Of a stretch of 64,000 nucleotides of DNA, positions 25,505-38,242 are shown piece by piece. Within the stretch, counting starts at the first letter, position 1, and each line of letters begins with the position of its first letter. The position numbers and the translations under genes are program-made. Source of the DNA: Octopus sinensis (Eukaryota); NCBI RefSeq assembly GCF_006345805.1, contig NC_043008.1, positions 78,678,001 through 78,742,000 of the forward strand. Reading direction: 5' to 3'. The notes under the pieces were generated by a model that saw only the letters and a list, made by a program, of their open reading frames with translations, ran no database searches and was not told the DNA's origin.

Positions 25505-27165
25505 TTTCTCTTTATTATAGGCATATAGCCTTTTTTATAGAATGGACATTACAAAGACAAATGTAGAGTACATAAAATGATTAACAAATGAATTATGAAG
25601 GGTGAAATTATAATAATGAAATGACTTTCTACCCCACAAAGTAGAAAATCCCATTTTACTGTTTTTATAATCAATGATTTTGTCCAGTATGCATCATGTT
25701 TATATTGCATAAGGTATTAAGTCTGTATACATTACCACTGTGGCAATTCATCATATTGAAACCGCTTTCTTGTAATTTCCGCTCTACTTCCAAATGTCTC
25801 TTTTAGTCTTGCCGCTCTTTCGTTCTCAAGTAGCACTACTTTCATAATATGGTTCTCTTCATTATCTACTAATTTCACTCTTATTATATCTTTCATTTTT
25901 GCTATACGCTTTTCCATTTCCACACTTTTCTCATACACTGCTGATAATCGTTCATGTTTTTCTTTGTGTGGCTTTCTCGGCTGTATTTCTTCACTCTCTA
26001 CACCAGTAACTGGTGTCTCCATTTCTGTTTGTTGTTCGTTTTCTTGTCTCTTCTGTCCTTCCTCCCCTCCACTCATTGAAGGTTCCGGCTCTTGAGTTCA
26101 ATCCTCCATTGCTTCTTCATTTCTTCTTTTTTTTCTTTTTTCCTTTCCTCCACCTTCCTTTTCTTTTTCGGTGGAGATTCACTATTTCCTTCCTTCTGCA
26201 CCACTGTAAACTTTATTTCCCTCTCCGATATTACATTCACTTCCATTTGATGCCCCTCCTCCACCGTTCATGTTTCTGGGGACACTTTGCCTTCATGTGC
26301 CCCCTTACTCCACATTGGAAGCAAAATGGTGGGCTACCCTCCACTATGACTCTCAGCCTGGTCTCATCGGGTAGCACTATCTCATCTATCATTTTGTGGA
26401 GGTCAGGCAGGCTGATAAGTACCATCACTTCTAGGCCATACCCCCACCAGTTGACCTCCACTGTCTTGAATATTTTCAGTATCTCTACTTTCTCCTCTGT
26501 ATTGTAGAGGATGGCTGTCACAAGCCAGTCTCCGTTAATTTCGGGTAACACTCTCCCTATCCTCACTCTGGCTGCGTGTCTGCCACAGTAAGTAGGCAAG
26601 AGTGTCCACTGTACTGATTTTAAAGCTACGGTGGAGTACTTCTTTGCTTTGTTCTCATTAACGAAGCATACCTCCACCGTGCCAAATTTTCATCTTCTGT
26701 TAAAGAAAGTCGTCACTTCCTTAACTTCTTTCAAACACTCCTCTATTTCTTCAACACCTGCTATTTCTACTTTTCTTGTATTTATGTTCAGCATTCAGTT
26801 AGTGATTATTTTCCTTTCCGACTTCTCTGTTATTTCTTTGTGGGGTGTCAGTCTCAAACATTCTCCTTCCTTCTTCAACAGGTTATCAAACCTTTTGTAA
26901 TCAATATCTTTCACTTCCAGTTCCCGTATTTGCAGTAGCTTCGCGGTCAGGCTTTTGCGTGTCACCGCAGCATAACTGCCTGTCTGGGTCTGCGTGTTCA
27001 TAGTTTCATTATTTACTGCTTCCCCCATAAATGGGGAAGCCAAATAAAATCTTCAACGAATTCAAAAAATTACAAATTCAACAATCACAATTTGAACAAT
27101 TCAACAATTCCACAATTCAAATTAACAAAGCAACAACTCACATGTGAGCGAAATCAAGATACAAC
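25505..27165 (-). mobile_element. ORF1-only Tx1-derived element b (HAL1-like)
   Basis: GSYAAVTRK, LLPTYCGRHAARVRIG and CFQCGVRGHMKAKC. The stop at 25732 is followed by a UTR ending AATAAAGAGAAA (25505-25516); no EN or RT. Confidence 0.75.
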
Positions 27166-30100
27166 AAAAGGTGGTTCTATGCTACGCCTGTCTAGCTATC
27201 ACATCCACTATATATATGTATTGGACTAGCCTACTTATCGTCTGGGGGTATCCACACAACACTTCCCCCTTTTGAGAGTTTTTTTTTTTTCTAAACCCAA
27301 ATTTATTTCCTTGGTGAGAAACTGGGGCATATCTTTTTCTCTTAGTGTTAATTTCCATCATTTTTGTAGGTTGGACCTACGTGTCAGTTCTGCTTCTGCT
27401 TGTGGTTTTGGGACCTCGAACAAATCATACCATATATCCATTGGTTCCTCTCGCCTCTCTTGAGTTTTGGTATATCTGCTTTTTAATTGGTTTATATGCC
27501 TTCTGGGTTCATATTTTGATCCTTTTACTATGTACATCACGTTACCCAGACGTACAGTTACAGTCCCTTGTTCCCAGTCCTGTTTTCCGTTTCTATATAT
27601 TTCAAAATACACTTCATCGTCCGTGTTAAAAGATTTCGTTTTTCTTCCCGAATTTTCTATTTTCTGTTTCCTACTCGGCAACAATTTATCAAAAGTAGAA
27701 CGAATTTTTCTAGAAAACATCAAATCTGCAGGTGACCTACTCTATTCTGCATTTGGATTCAGTGTTATTCTATACACCTGCAAAAACTTCGTCATTTTTG
27801 TATCTTCAAGTGTTTCCCATCTGGTCTTTCTTAAATCTCTCTTGAATGTGTCGACGAATCTTTCCGCTAACGCATTTGACCTTGGATGGGATGACAGAGT
27901 TAATACATGGTTCATTTGAACCGACTTACAGAATCTTTCGAACACCTTCTCCATGAATTGTGTACCATTATCTGACAATCGTATCTGGCACCCCATAACG
28001 AGTGAATAATTCTTCCAAGAAGTCAATTGTGGTTGGCCATTTGGAATAGCTATCCACCACAATGATATAATGAGAGTCATTTATTGGTCCTGCGAAATCC
28101 ACATGCAGTCTAGACCATGCCGAATCCATTTTTGGCCACGGATAAATCTGCACGGGGGTGGGGGGTGGCTTTGCTGCCATAGCGCATCCCCTACACTGTT
28201 TTACCAGTCTCTCAATTTGCTTGTCCATATTCGGCCAATAAATGTAACTCTTCATGAGGCTCTTCATCCGGACAATCCCTGGATGCCCTACTTTTAATAC
28301 TCTGTATTGCAGCACTTCAGGTATTACCACTCATTGTGCATATAATAATACCTCATCACATACTGAGTAGTGCTTTGAACCTGCGTCCCGCTCATTTATA
28401 TTTTTCGTGTTACTCAACATTTTTTAAATCTTGTTTATGAACCTATCTTTTCCTGATTCCAATTTAATTAGTTCCAGCGTTACCGGCAAATCATGTACTA
28501 CATTGCACAAAATGTTCTTCAGTTCCATTTCAAGTTTTAACGATGCAATCATCATGTGTTCAAAAAGTTCCTCATATTTTGGAATTAGCCTCGACAACCC
28601 GTCTGCGTGTCCCATTTTTAATGATGGCAAAAACTCCATCTGAAAATCGAAGTTCAACAGGGTAGTCCACCAGCACTGTAAGCAGTTTGCTGAGCATGTG
28701 GGATACCCTTTTTCAAACTGAAAATAGACAGTAATGGTCGGTGATCCGTTTGCAGTGTAAACTTCCTCCCATGTAAGAATTTATGGAATTTTTTACTGCG
28801 AAGATTAATGATAACGCCTCTTTTTCAATCTGGCTGTAGTTTCTTTCCGCTGGTAATAGAACTCTTTTATTTCCTTGGTGAGAAACTGGGGCATATCTTT
28901 TTCTCTTAGCATTAATTTCCGTCATTTCTGTAGGTTTTCTCTTCCTGTTTGACCTACATGTCGGTTCTGATTCTGCTTTTGGTTCTGGGACCTTGAACAA
29001 ATCATACCATATATGCATGTGCAATAGCTTTGATTTTACCATCATTAAATGTATGCGATATCATAGCTCCTATACCATATTCACTGGCATCCAATGCCAC
29101 AATTATTTTCAGGTTTGGGTCGAAATGAGTTTATGATAACTGATGTTAACCGCTTTTTTAATTCCTCGAATGCTTTCTGACATTCGTTTGTCCAGTCCCA
29201 TTTCGAGTCCTTCTTTAACAACTTGTTCAACGGAGCTCTTAGCTCATACATTTTAGGTAATAAGTGGTAATAATTTATCAGACCTAAAAATGCTTGTAAT
29301 GTTGTTTTGTTAGTGGGAGGAGGCATTTCTTTTATCGTGTGAACCCTAGAAGGGTGCGGTTTTCAACCGTTTTCATCGATAAACTGTCCTAAGTACTTTA
29401 TTTTTGTCAAGAAAAATTCACATTTATCCTCACTTACTTTAAACCCGTAATCGTTTATCTGTTTGAAAACCTCTTCTATATGTTCAATATTTTGTTCCCT
29501 TGATTCCCTTTTGATCAATATGTCATCCAAGTATGGGACCGCAAACTCACAATCTGCTAGCATTGTATCCATCACTTGCTGAAATATTGCTAGTGCAACC
29601 TTAACCCCAAATGGCAGTCTTTTGAAATGGTAGAGACCTTTATGAGTATTGATTGTTAATACTTTAGCACATTCTTCATCTACCAGTAATTGGAGGTGGG
29701 CCTCTGACAAATCCAGCTTGGAAGAAATTTTCCCACCATTACACTTAGCAAATATTTCTTCTGGGTTTGGAAGCGGATAATTGTAATTTTTTAAACAATC
29801 ATTAAGACCAGTTGAGAAGTCCGCACATATTCTTATTTCGTTGTTCTTCTTTTTTATAATTACAGTAGGAGCCGTCCACTCAAAGTAATCTACTTTTTCA
29901 ATTACCTCTATGTCTTCCAGTCTTTGTAATTCCTTCTCAACTTGATTTAATGCCACAAAAGGTACATCCCTTTTCAGTTTGAACACCGGCACTGCATTTT
30001 CTTTCAACTCAAACTTTACTTTGATTTTTTTACACATACCGAGTTCTTTCGAAAACATAGGGTACATCTTTTTCAATTTTAATTTCAATTTTTTCGATGC

Positions 30101-31334
30101 TTTCTCTGACACAGACTGTGACACATTCACCTTATTGCATAGTGTATTCAGTGGTAAATCCCACAGGTCGAATTCTTCCATCAAATCTGTCCCAAACAGA
30201 TTCATTGTAGTCATAGATACCGTTAGTTTACTTTTCCGCGTCATGTTTTTAAGTTTTATTTCTGGTGAAATTTTGCCCAAGAATTGAACCTGTTCCCCTG
30301 ACACACCGTGAGTTATCCTAGTAGTTTTTTTATACACCGGCCTGCCTATCTTATTCCATGTTGCTGTATTTATTATCGATACGTCTGAGCCGGTATCTAA
30401 TTTCATTTTGGTCTGAAAATCATTTATTTCTACCAACACAAATTTTCGATTTTGTATGGTATAATTTATTTTTGTTGAGCAGAATTTCTTTGGTTTTACA
30501 ACTTTCTTCGACCGGCATTTCATCTGTATATGCCCAATTTTACCACACTTAAAACAGGTTTTATCTTTAAAGGGGCAATCTTTCCTCAAATGTCGGTCCC
30601 CGCAACCATACCACCATTTTGAATTGATATGTTTTCTTCTATCTATACTTTCTTTACACATTCGTACATTCTTATTATTGTCTTCTATTTTTCTTGTATC
30701 ATCTCAAAGGTTTATTATTTGTCAGCATTCCTCAGCCACTTTCTGCAAGGTTAATATTTTTTTTCTAATTTCCACATCTTCCATTGCCACCAGCCCTTTA
30801 ATGAATATTAGGCACTTGAACATATCTGGCATTAATTCTTCCAGCTTAAATCTTTCGCAAGCCTACCGGCATATGTTACAAAATTGTCGGACTCGTTTTT
30901 CTTTAAATTTAAACATCCCCACCAAATGTTAAACTGTGAACTTTTCTCGCTAAAAATATTAGTCAAAATAGTTATTGTTTCATCAAAACATAATTCCGTG
31001 GGTTTTCTCGGCAAAATAAAGTTACAAAAACTTTCATGTTCTGGAGAGGCAAGCTTTCGCAAAAGAAGTTTTACCTTCCTTTCACTAGACCATCCCTTGC
31101 ATTTCTCTCAGAATAAATGTTCTTATCGTCTGTAATATGCAGTACAGATAGTTCCTTCATTCAGTTTGTAGTGAAATTCTTTGATGGAATTTGCAACACT
31201 GTCTGCTGAAAATGATTCGGTCGTATTTCTCAACTGCAGTAACAATTCTATTAACTTCTGTAGTTGTTGCTGTTGCTGCTCTTGTTGTTTGACAACTACT
31301 TTCAGTAACTCTTCCATTTCAGTACTATTCGAAA

Positions 31335-31345
31335 CCTCGTCGCCA
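31335..31345 (-). promoter_or_regulatory. Primer binding site TGGCGACGAGG (complementary to the 3' end of tRNA-Ser(GCU) as recalled)
   Basis: Lies 1 nt after the LTR end ...ATATAACA and just upstream of gag. Confidence 0.8.
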
Positions 31346-31346
31346 C

Positions 31347-31505
31347 TGTTATATTGCATGTTCAGATGGCGTACCTTCGCCAATAACATACCTCTACTCA
31401 ACTACCAAACTCTCACATCCGACGACTCAACTCAACAGAACTCAACGTCTAGTCTACCGATAATTTCAGCTCGCTCTACGTGACACTCTTTCTACGGCCA
31501 TAACA
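31347..31505 (-). repeat. Gypsy 5' LTR or its 3' portion (159 bp, TGTTAT...ATAACA)
   Basis: Precedes the PBS, has inverted 6-bp ends and is homologous to 23846-23946. Confidence 0.75.
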
Positions 31506-32433
31506 TAGAGGGGACACCACAAGGACAGACAACACAAAAGGTGGGGTACATACAAACATATAATGAAGGAATTATGAATTATGAGAATAATGAAAATGAA
31601 ATGGCTTTTCTACCCCCCAAAGTAGGAAGTTGCATTTTAATGTTATTCAAAATCAGTAATTATTTTCCAGTTTGTATCGTGTTCACACCAAAAAATCTAT
31701 TAACTCCTCAAATTCTATCACTGATGGCATTTCGTCATATCTAAATCAGAATGCTGTTATTTGTATCATGTCTCCAAATATTTCTCTCAATCTTCCTGCT
31801 CTCTCATCTTCAACACAGCTTTCATATTCAGGTTCTCCACCTTGTTGGCCAGCTTAATCCTTATTACGCCTTTCATCTTGGAAATTCTTTTCTCTATTTC
31901 CACGCTCTTTCCGTACTGCACCATCACTCTTTCGTATTTCCCCTTCGGTGGCTTTCTCAGCTCTATCACTTCGCACTCTGCCCATGTTGCTAGTGTTTCC
32001 ATCTCTATTTGTTGCTCCTTCTCACTTTCTAGTCTTTTCTGTTTTGCCTCCTCCATGCTTGTTGAAGGCTCTAGTCTTTGTGTTCGTTTTCCTGTTGATA
32101 CCTTATTTTTTCCTTTTTCATACTTATTTTTCCCCGCTTTTCTTTTCTTTTTAGGTGGATATTCAATGTTTTTTCTCTTCCTTTCTACCACTGTAAACTC
32201 CTTTTCCTCCTCTGCCGTTACAATCTCTTCTTCCCGACTCTCTTTCTCTGCCTCCTCCTGTTCGTGTTTCTGGGGACACTTGGCTTTCATGTGACCCCTT
32301 ACTCCACATGCAAAACATAGTGGAGGTCTACCTTCCACAATAATTCTAAGTCTGGTTTCGTCTGGTAAAATGAGCTCTTCAACAATCTTATGGAGGTCTG
32401 GTAAGCTGATATGGACCATTACCTCTAGCCATA
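31506..32433 (-). mobile_element. ORF1-only Tx1-derived element c (5'-truncated, HAL1-like)
   Basis: ORF 31787-32419 with CFACGVRGHMKAKC is similar to element b with many synonymous changes. It has the same UTR layout and the GTCTGTCCTTGTGGTGTCCCCTCTA tail. Confidence 0.75.
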
Positions 32434-33134
32434 GTGTAGATATGAATTATATAAGTATATTAAGTATATGATTTAACTTCATATACTTATATTCGATCAT
32501 ATTTTTCATAAATGGAGAAGATTAGATGTTAATATGGATTGAAATTATTTTTATTCATATAGCTATACGATCATTTCATACAGAAGAACAATAAATTCAT
32601 TTTAAGAATCTGGGTTGTCAAAAAGTATTTGTCAGTAGCAAAAATTAAGGAAAGGAAAAAAAAGCTAAAAAAACGTTAGAATTACATAGGTATAGTGTTC
32701 GTAATATGTAATTGTTCTGAGAGTCATGTCTATTTAAAACAAGACTAAAGGGTCTCAGTTGGATGTTGATATATGCAAAAAATTAATAAGGGTTACATTC
32801 TCTCTATAGATTAGTATAAAGGAGATAATTTTAAACTCCCATATATGAAGTAAAAAAAAACAGGTAGGGTTGTATTTAATGAGAAAAGTCTAACCAAATA
32901 AGGGAGTATGGAATTTTAAATATTGGGGACTAAAATTTATATTAACCATCAATAATCAATACGGCTTAGATATTAGTTTGAAAAAATATTATAAATAGTT
33001 CGTGGTATATAAACTGAGATATTGCTGGCATAATTTCGTTATATCTATATTCCACAACCCATAAATACATAAAAACAGAACAGGCACAGACACAGACAAG
33101 AACAAGCACGCACACACAATCCATTAGCTTTCTT

Positions 33135-33561
33135 GGCAATCTTTCGTCTCTAGTAGACCTTTCCGTCGATTTCCGTAAAAATTTTTTTTTTTTACATATG
33201 GGCTTGCGGGAACTTTTGAAGTGATGAGAGCGAAAGAGACTAAGAGAAAGCGATTGTATGACGAGGGAAATTCTTTTGAAGTTACCGTGCATGGGAAGCA
33301 TTGATGTACATGTGTGTGTGTGTGTGTGTGTGTGTTTGATGGGGTGTGGGAGACAGACAGTATGTTGTGTAAGTGAAGTGCTTCTGTTAGTATGTGTGAA
33401 GAGACAGAGTAATGTGTGAAAGAAAGAGATAACTGAAATTTTTTACTCGGTGTATGTGTATATGTATGTATATTACTTCAAAAGTTCCCGCAAACCCATA
33501 TGTAAAAAAAAAATTTTTTACGGAAATCGACGGAAAGGTCTACTAGAGACGAAAGATCGCC
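33135..33561. mobile_element. Non-autonomous TIR element 1 (GG...CC ends, ~88-bp TIRs, 8-bp TSD; Merlin-like)
   Basis: TSD GCTTTCTT at 33127-33134 and 33562-33569; arms GGCAATCTTTCGTCTCTAGTAGACCTTTCCGTCGATTTCCG... Confidence 0.85.
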
Positions 33562-33816
33562 GCTTTCTTCTCCTCCTCCCAATTTTGCAACTGTCATTTG
33601 GTACGGAAATACACAAAGTCAAATGTTTTGATTTTGTCGAGTTATATGGAACGAATGCCATATATTCATACACCCAGCCACACACACAAACATATATCTA
33701 TCTACACAACAGCCCATTAACTATTCTACTCTACCTGTGTAAACTGTGGGGGTATGGTATCAACTATGTATATTTCCTATTTAGTATAGGAGAAGTTTCA
33801 TTTATAAAGATAAATG

Positions 33817-34740
33817 GGCGAAGTTTCGCATGTCGTAGCACAGATTTCCGTCGATTTCCGTAAAAAACTTTTATTTTTTTACATAAGTAATGAGAGCGAA
33901 AGAGACTAAGAGGAAGCGATTTTACGATGAGAAGGTTTCTCTTTGAAATCGGCCTGTGTGTGTTTGATGGGGTGTGGGAGACAGACAGTATGTTGTGTAA
34001 GTGAAGTGCTTCTGTTAGTGTGTGCGAAGAGACAGAGAGAGTAATGTGTGAAAGAGAGAGATAACTGATTTTTTACTCGGTGTATGTGTATATGTATGTA
34101 TGCATGTATGTGTGTGTGTGTATGTATCTATGTATGTGTGTGTGTGTAAGTATGTGTGTATGTATGTATGTATGGCCGATTCATCGTAATTTTTTACTCG
34201 GTGTATGTGTATATGTATGTCTGCATGTATGTGTGTGTGTGTATGTTATGTATCTATGTATGTGTGTATGTGTATGTATGTATGTGTGTATGTATGTATG
34301 GTCGATTCAGTGTAATTTTTTACTCGGTGTATGTGTATATGTATGTCTGCATGTATGTGTGTGTGTGTATGTATCTATGTGTGTGTGTGTAAGTATGTGT
34401 GTGTGTATGTATGTATGTATGTGTGTGTGTGTATGTATCTATGTATGTGTGTGTGTGTGTATGTATGTATGTATGGCCGATTCATAGTAATTTTTTACTC
34501 GGTGTATGTGTATATGTATGTCTGTCTCTTCATACACACTAACAGAAGCACTTCACTTACACAACATACTGTCTGTCTCCCACACCCCATCAAACACACA
34601 CAGGCCGACTTCAAAGTGAAACCTTCTCGTCGTAAAATCGCTTCCTCTTAGTCTCTTTCGCTCTCATTACTTATGTAAAAAAATAAAAGTTTTTTACGGA
34701 AATCGACGGAAATCTGTGCTACTACAACCGAAACTATGCC
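33817..34740. mobile_element. Foldback TIR element 2 (same family as element 1; ~220-bp TIRs around a TG-rich minisatellite; 8-bp TSD)
   Basis: TSD GATAAATG at 33809-33816 and 34741-34748. Arms 33817-34040 and 34520-34740 are near-perfect inverted copies. Confidence 0.85.
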
Positions 34741-34857
34741 GATAAATGTAATATTACGAAATGTAGTTAAATTTGTAGAAGGATATTTTATAAGGTTAAA
34801 GAAATATTTTATTGCCTTCACGGTGTTCACCATTTTACAAAATCACGATTGAAAAAA

Positions 34858-36420
34858 GGTTAATATAGGGCGTTACGATTATCAGAAAATCAAAGGGGGA
34901 GAGGCTTCGGAAATTTCACATCTTCAGTCCACGGCCTTTAAACTAAGAAAAAATAGTGTAATTGGTGTAAAACTACTTGTTCTAAACGAGTATCAAGAAC
35001 ACACACTCACACATGAATCATAAAATCATATTTCGCAAAAAAAAATAATAAAGAGAAGAAATTCTGGAAAAAGTGAAGAAATGTTGGATCTCCGCCATGT
35101 GAATCAAAATACGTATCAGAAACATCTTGAAATACTACAGAAATTATGTTACGAAAATGATAATGTATACATACATCTTTGAGTGGTCCATCGATAATGA
35201 TGATAAAGAAATGAGTTGGATTTGAACTCAGAATATTGACTAACACAACTACATACTACAAGACTCAAAATATTCAGCCAAGTCACCACCCTTTAACTAG
35301 CAATAATAATAACATCAATAACATAACAGCCAAAAGATTTATTTGTTCTGAAAATAACAATCATAGTAAATAAATATGTTCTTTAATATTCACATTCATG
35401 TGCACAGTTAAACACACTTACATACAAACAGTCACGCATGCATAATACAGAACGGAACACATAAATGAAGGATGCATTACTTAGTATATATTACATCTAG
35501 AGAATTTTGATTAATAAGTCAAATATGCAAATTATAAAGATAATTAATTGCTTTACTAAACAGTGTTGTAAAGGTGAAAAAATAAATTTGGGAAAAAAAT
35601 ACACGCCAAAACTAATTAATAAAGGATAATTAGGGAAGGATTGACACAAAATAATAATTTTTTCTGTCTCTTTTTTTCTGATAAATGCATCTTAATAAGT
35701 GAGAAGAATTGCATATATCTGAACTATTTCAAAGAAAAGCATAAATTTAATGTTTAAAATAGCTTTAACCAAGGAATGAGATCCAACATTTCTTCACTTT
35801 TTCCAGAATTTCTTCTCTTTATTTATTTTTTTTTTTTTGCGAAATATATACAAAAATACGGAGTTTATGATTCATGTGTGAGTGTGTGTTCTTGATACTC
35901 GTTTAGAACAAGTAGTTTTACACCAATTACACTATTTTTTCTTAGTTTAAAGGCCGTGGACTGAAGATGTGAAATTTCCGAAGCCTCTCCCCCACCCCCC
36001 TTTCGCGAGCGCGCATTTTTTTCATGATAGTCGTTTAGAGCAAGTTGTTTTATACCTATTACGCTGTTTTTGTTTTTGTTTTTGTGCCCGGTTCAGACGC
36101 TTTCGGAAATTCCCGATATAAATTTTCCGAGGCCTCTCCCCCACCCCTCTTTCGCGAGAGCGCATTTTTTTTTTTTGTCATATTCGTTTAGAGCAAGTTG
36201 TTTTACACATATTACACTATTTTTGTTTTGTTTTGGTGCCCGGGTCAGCTCCTCAGACGCTTTCGGAACTTCCCGATGTGAATTTTCCGAGGCCTCTCCC
36301 CCACCCCCCCTTTCGCGTGCGCGAATTTTTTTTTTCACATTCGTTCATAGGAAGTTGTTTTACACCTATTACACACATTTTTTTTTGATTTTCTGATAAT
36401 CGTAACGCCCTATATTAACC
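34858..36420. mobile_element. Foldback TIR element 3 (GGTTAATATAGGG ends, 8-bp TSD, ~155-bp tandem repeats in the right arm)
   Basis: TSD TGAAAAAA at 34850-34857 and 36421-36428. Terminal ~36-bp IR, plus inner inverted arms at ~34895-35090 and ~35777-35990. Confidence 0.85.
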
Positions 36421-36459
36421 TGAAAAAATTAAAAAGAAAAAAAAACAAAAAAATTTACT

Positions 36460-37190
36460 ACCTTGGGTTGAAAATTTGGGGACGCTGGGAAACCTCTCTA
36501 ATGGCTATTGAGACATGCCAGCACGCTTACAACATTGCGAGGCTGATGTGCTGGAACAGCCAAGTGCCCTCACGAGCCTCACCAGTTACCTCCGCAAAGC
36601 GAGTTGCCACTGAAGACAGGAATCTCACAGTCAGTGGTCCGACCCCACCACAGGATGGAAAATGTAGTTGGCCAACAGATCATGGTATTTCAGGATATTG
36701 TTCCACTTGGATGCAGAAGCTGCGGATCTTGCCCTGACCGTAGCGTCCAGGATGTGAGAAGCAAAAGAGTTGCTAACTGTGACATCCCAGACAAGGCATC
36801 TGCTCTGTGACCAGGGGCATAGGATGAGGTCATCAGGTCTCTTCCCATCACATCTGGACAATCCAGATGGTTCCAAGATGGAGGGGATATTTGCCTGGGC
36901 CAAGTTCCTCTTGAGTATCAGGTTCAACTCCATATGACGCGTGAAGCGACCAGCAGTCAGGTGGCAAGAAAGGCCATAGAGACTTGTGGCTCGAGGAGCC
37001 TGCCACAATGACAGATCAAACTTGTGCATACGTCAGCACCCACTCTCAGGGCAATGGAGACACGAAGTTCATCTAAGCTGAGTAGGCCACTAACATTAGC
37101 CACAGGCATCAATCCAGTCACCTGAGTATTTGGTGCTGGCAGACAGTAAGTGGTACCTTGAATATTGGTCCGACTGGATGAAGGAGTTGA
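36460..37190 (-). mobile_element. CRE-like (RLE endonuclease) non-LTR retrotransposon C-terminal fragment
   Basis: LNLILKRNLAQANIPSILEPSGLSRCDGKRPDDLILCPWSQSRCLVWDVT, the PD-(D/E)xK restriction-like domain typical of CRE-type elements. Confidence 0.75.
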
Positions 37191-38211
37191 AGGTATATAC
37201 TAAAAGACGGTTAATAAAATAAATATAATTATTTTAAAAATAATAAATAAAAATATGAAGATGTAGGAGTATTTACTTACTTTATCTGCTGCTAAAAACT
37301 ATGAATGATCTATGAAGCGGTATAGAAAAGTTATATATATTGAAAAGAGTTGTGAATAATTTATGAAAAAGGTAAAATTCAGAGTTAAGAATAGTGTAGG
37401 GGAGATAACACTTAAGGATGGGGGTCTTTTTGTTATGGTAACGAAGAAAGAATTAAAATTATAAACATTAACATCATATGTAGATGGAAATGCACATGCA
37501 AAAAATTATGTCATACATAACTTTATACTTCAGAGTTAATACCAGTACAAAGATATATGTATATAAATGAAAAAATCAAACAGATACCTATACATACGAT
37601 AATGTATATATACCCCATACATGTCAATAACAGAGATACACTTATATATGGAATACTATGACTAATGTATACATATGTTCGTAAATTATATTTATATATA
37701 TAGGCCTGAATGTATAATGGTCATGTAGGCTTATATTTGTACAAATATACATTGCAAAAAACATTGCAAAAAACATTGCAAAAAACCTATATACATTATA
37801 ATAATATAAAAGAATTTTAATATTTAAAATTGTTTAACATATTATAAACATTTTTAATTAACAAATAAAAATAGTTATAAAACCTAGTTGCTAAAATTAT
37901 ATATAAATTATAAAATTTTATTAAATAATGAATATTTGTACATATAGAGGAAGCCACAAGAAGATACTTATGTATAATTTTTATATACTCAAAAATACTT
38001 CTGTACATATGTGTAAAAATATCCGGCAACACAATGTGCAATTAGATATGTGGATATATATGTGTGTGTATATATATATATATATATCGAAATTACTACG
38101 ATGATCCGGTTCTTGACTGAAGACTGAGGGGTTCGAATGTCCTGTCCATGTTTATTGTATCGTCTTCTAAGAGTTATACGTTCTTGTCCATGTTGTATTT
38201 TTCTACATACC

Positions 38212-38242
<31 letters not shown>

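Larger units (their letters stand above)
27170..31505 (-). mobile_element. Ty3/Gypsy LTR retrotransposon (Mag-like), disrupted gag-pol
   Basis: Gag with CCHC knuckles (CFKCGKIGHIQMKC), protease LDTGSD, RT YLDDIL, RNase H YSQIEKEAL, integrase HPGI...CRGC, VDFAGP, DNGTQF. PBS at 31335-31345, PPT AAAAGGGGGAAG at 27262-27273 followed by TG. Confidence 0.92.

Noticed and set aside
34080-34651. Cys/Val/Met/Tyr-rich ORFs resembling metallothionein-like proteins
   Set aside because: These are translations of the TG/TATG minisatellite inside foldback element 2; the same applies to 40352-40848 and 63314-63947.
38100-38200. Possible fourth plus-strand hammerhead (CTGAAGA...TTCGAATGTC)
   Set aside because: GAAA is incomplete, and no credible stem II or helix I pairing could be drawn.
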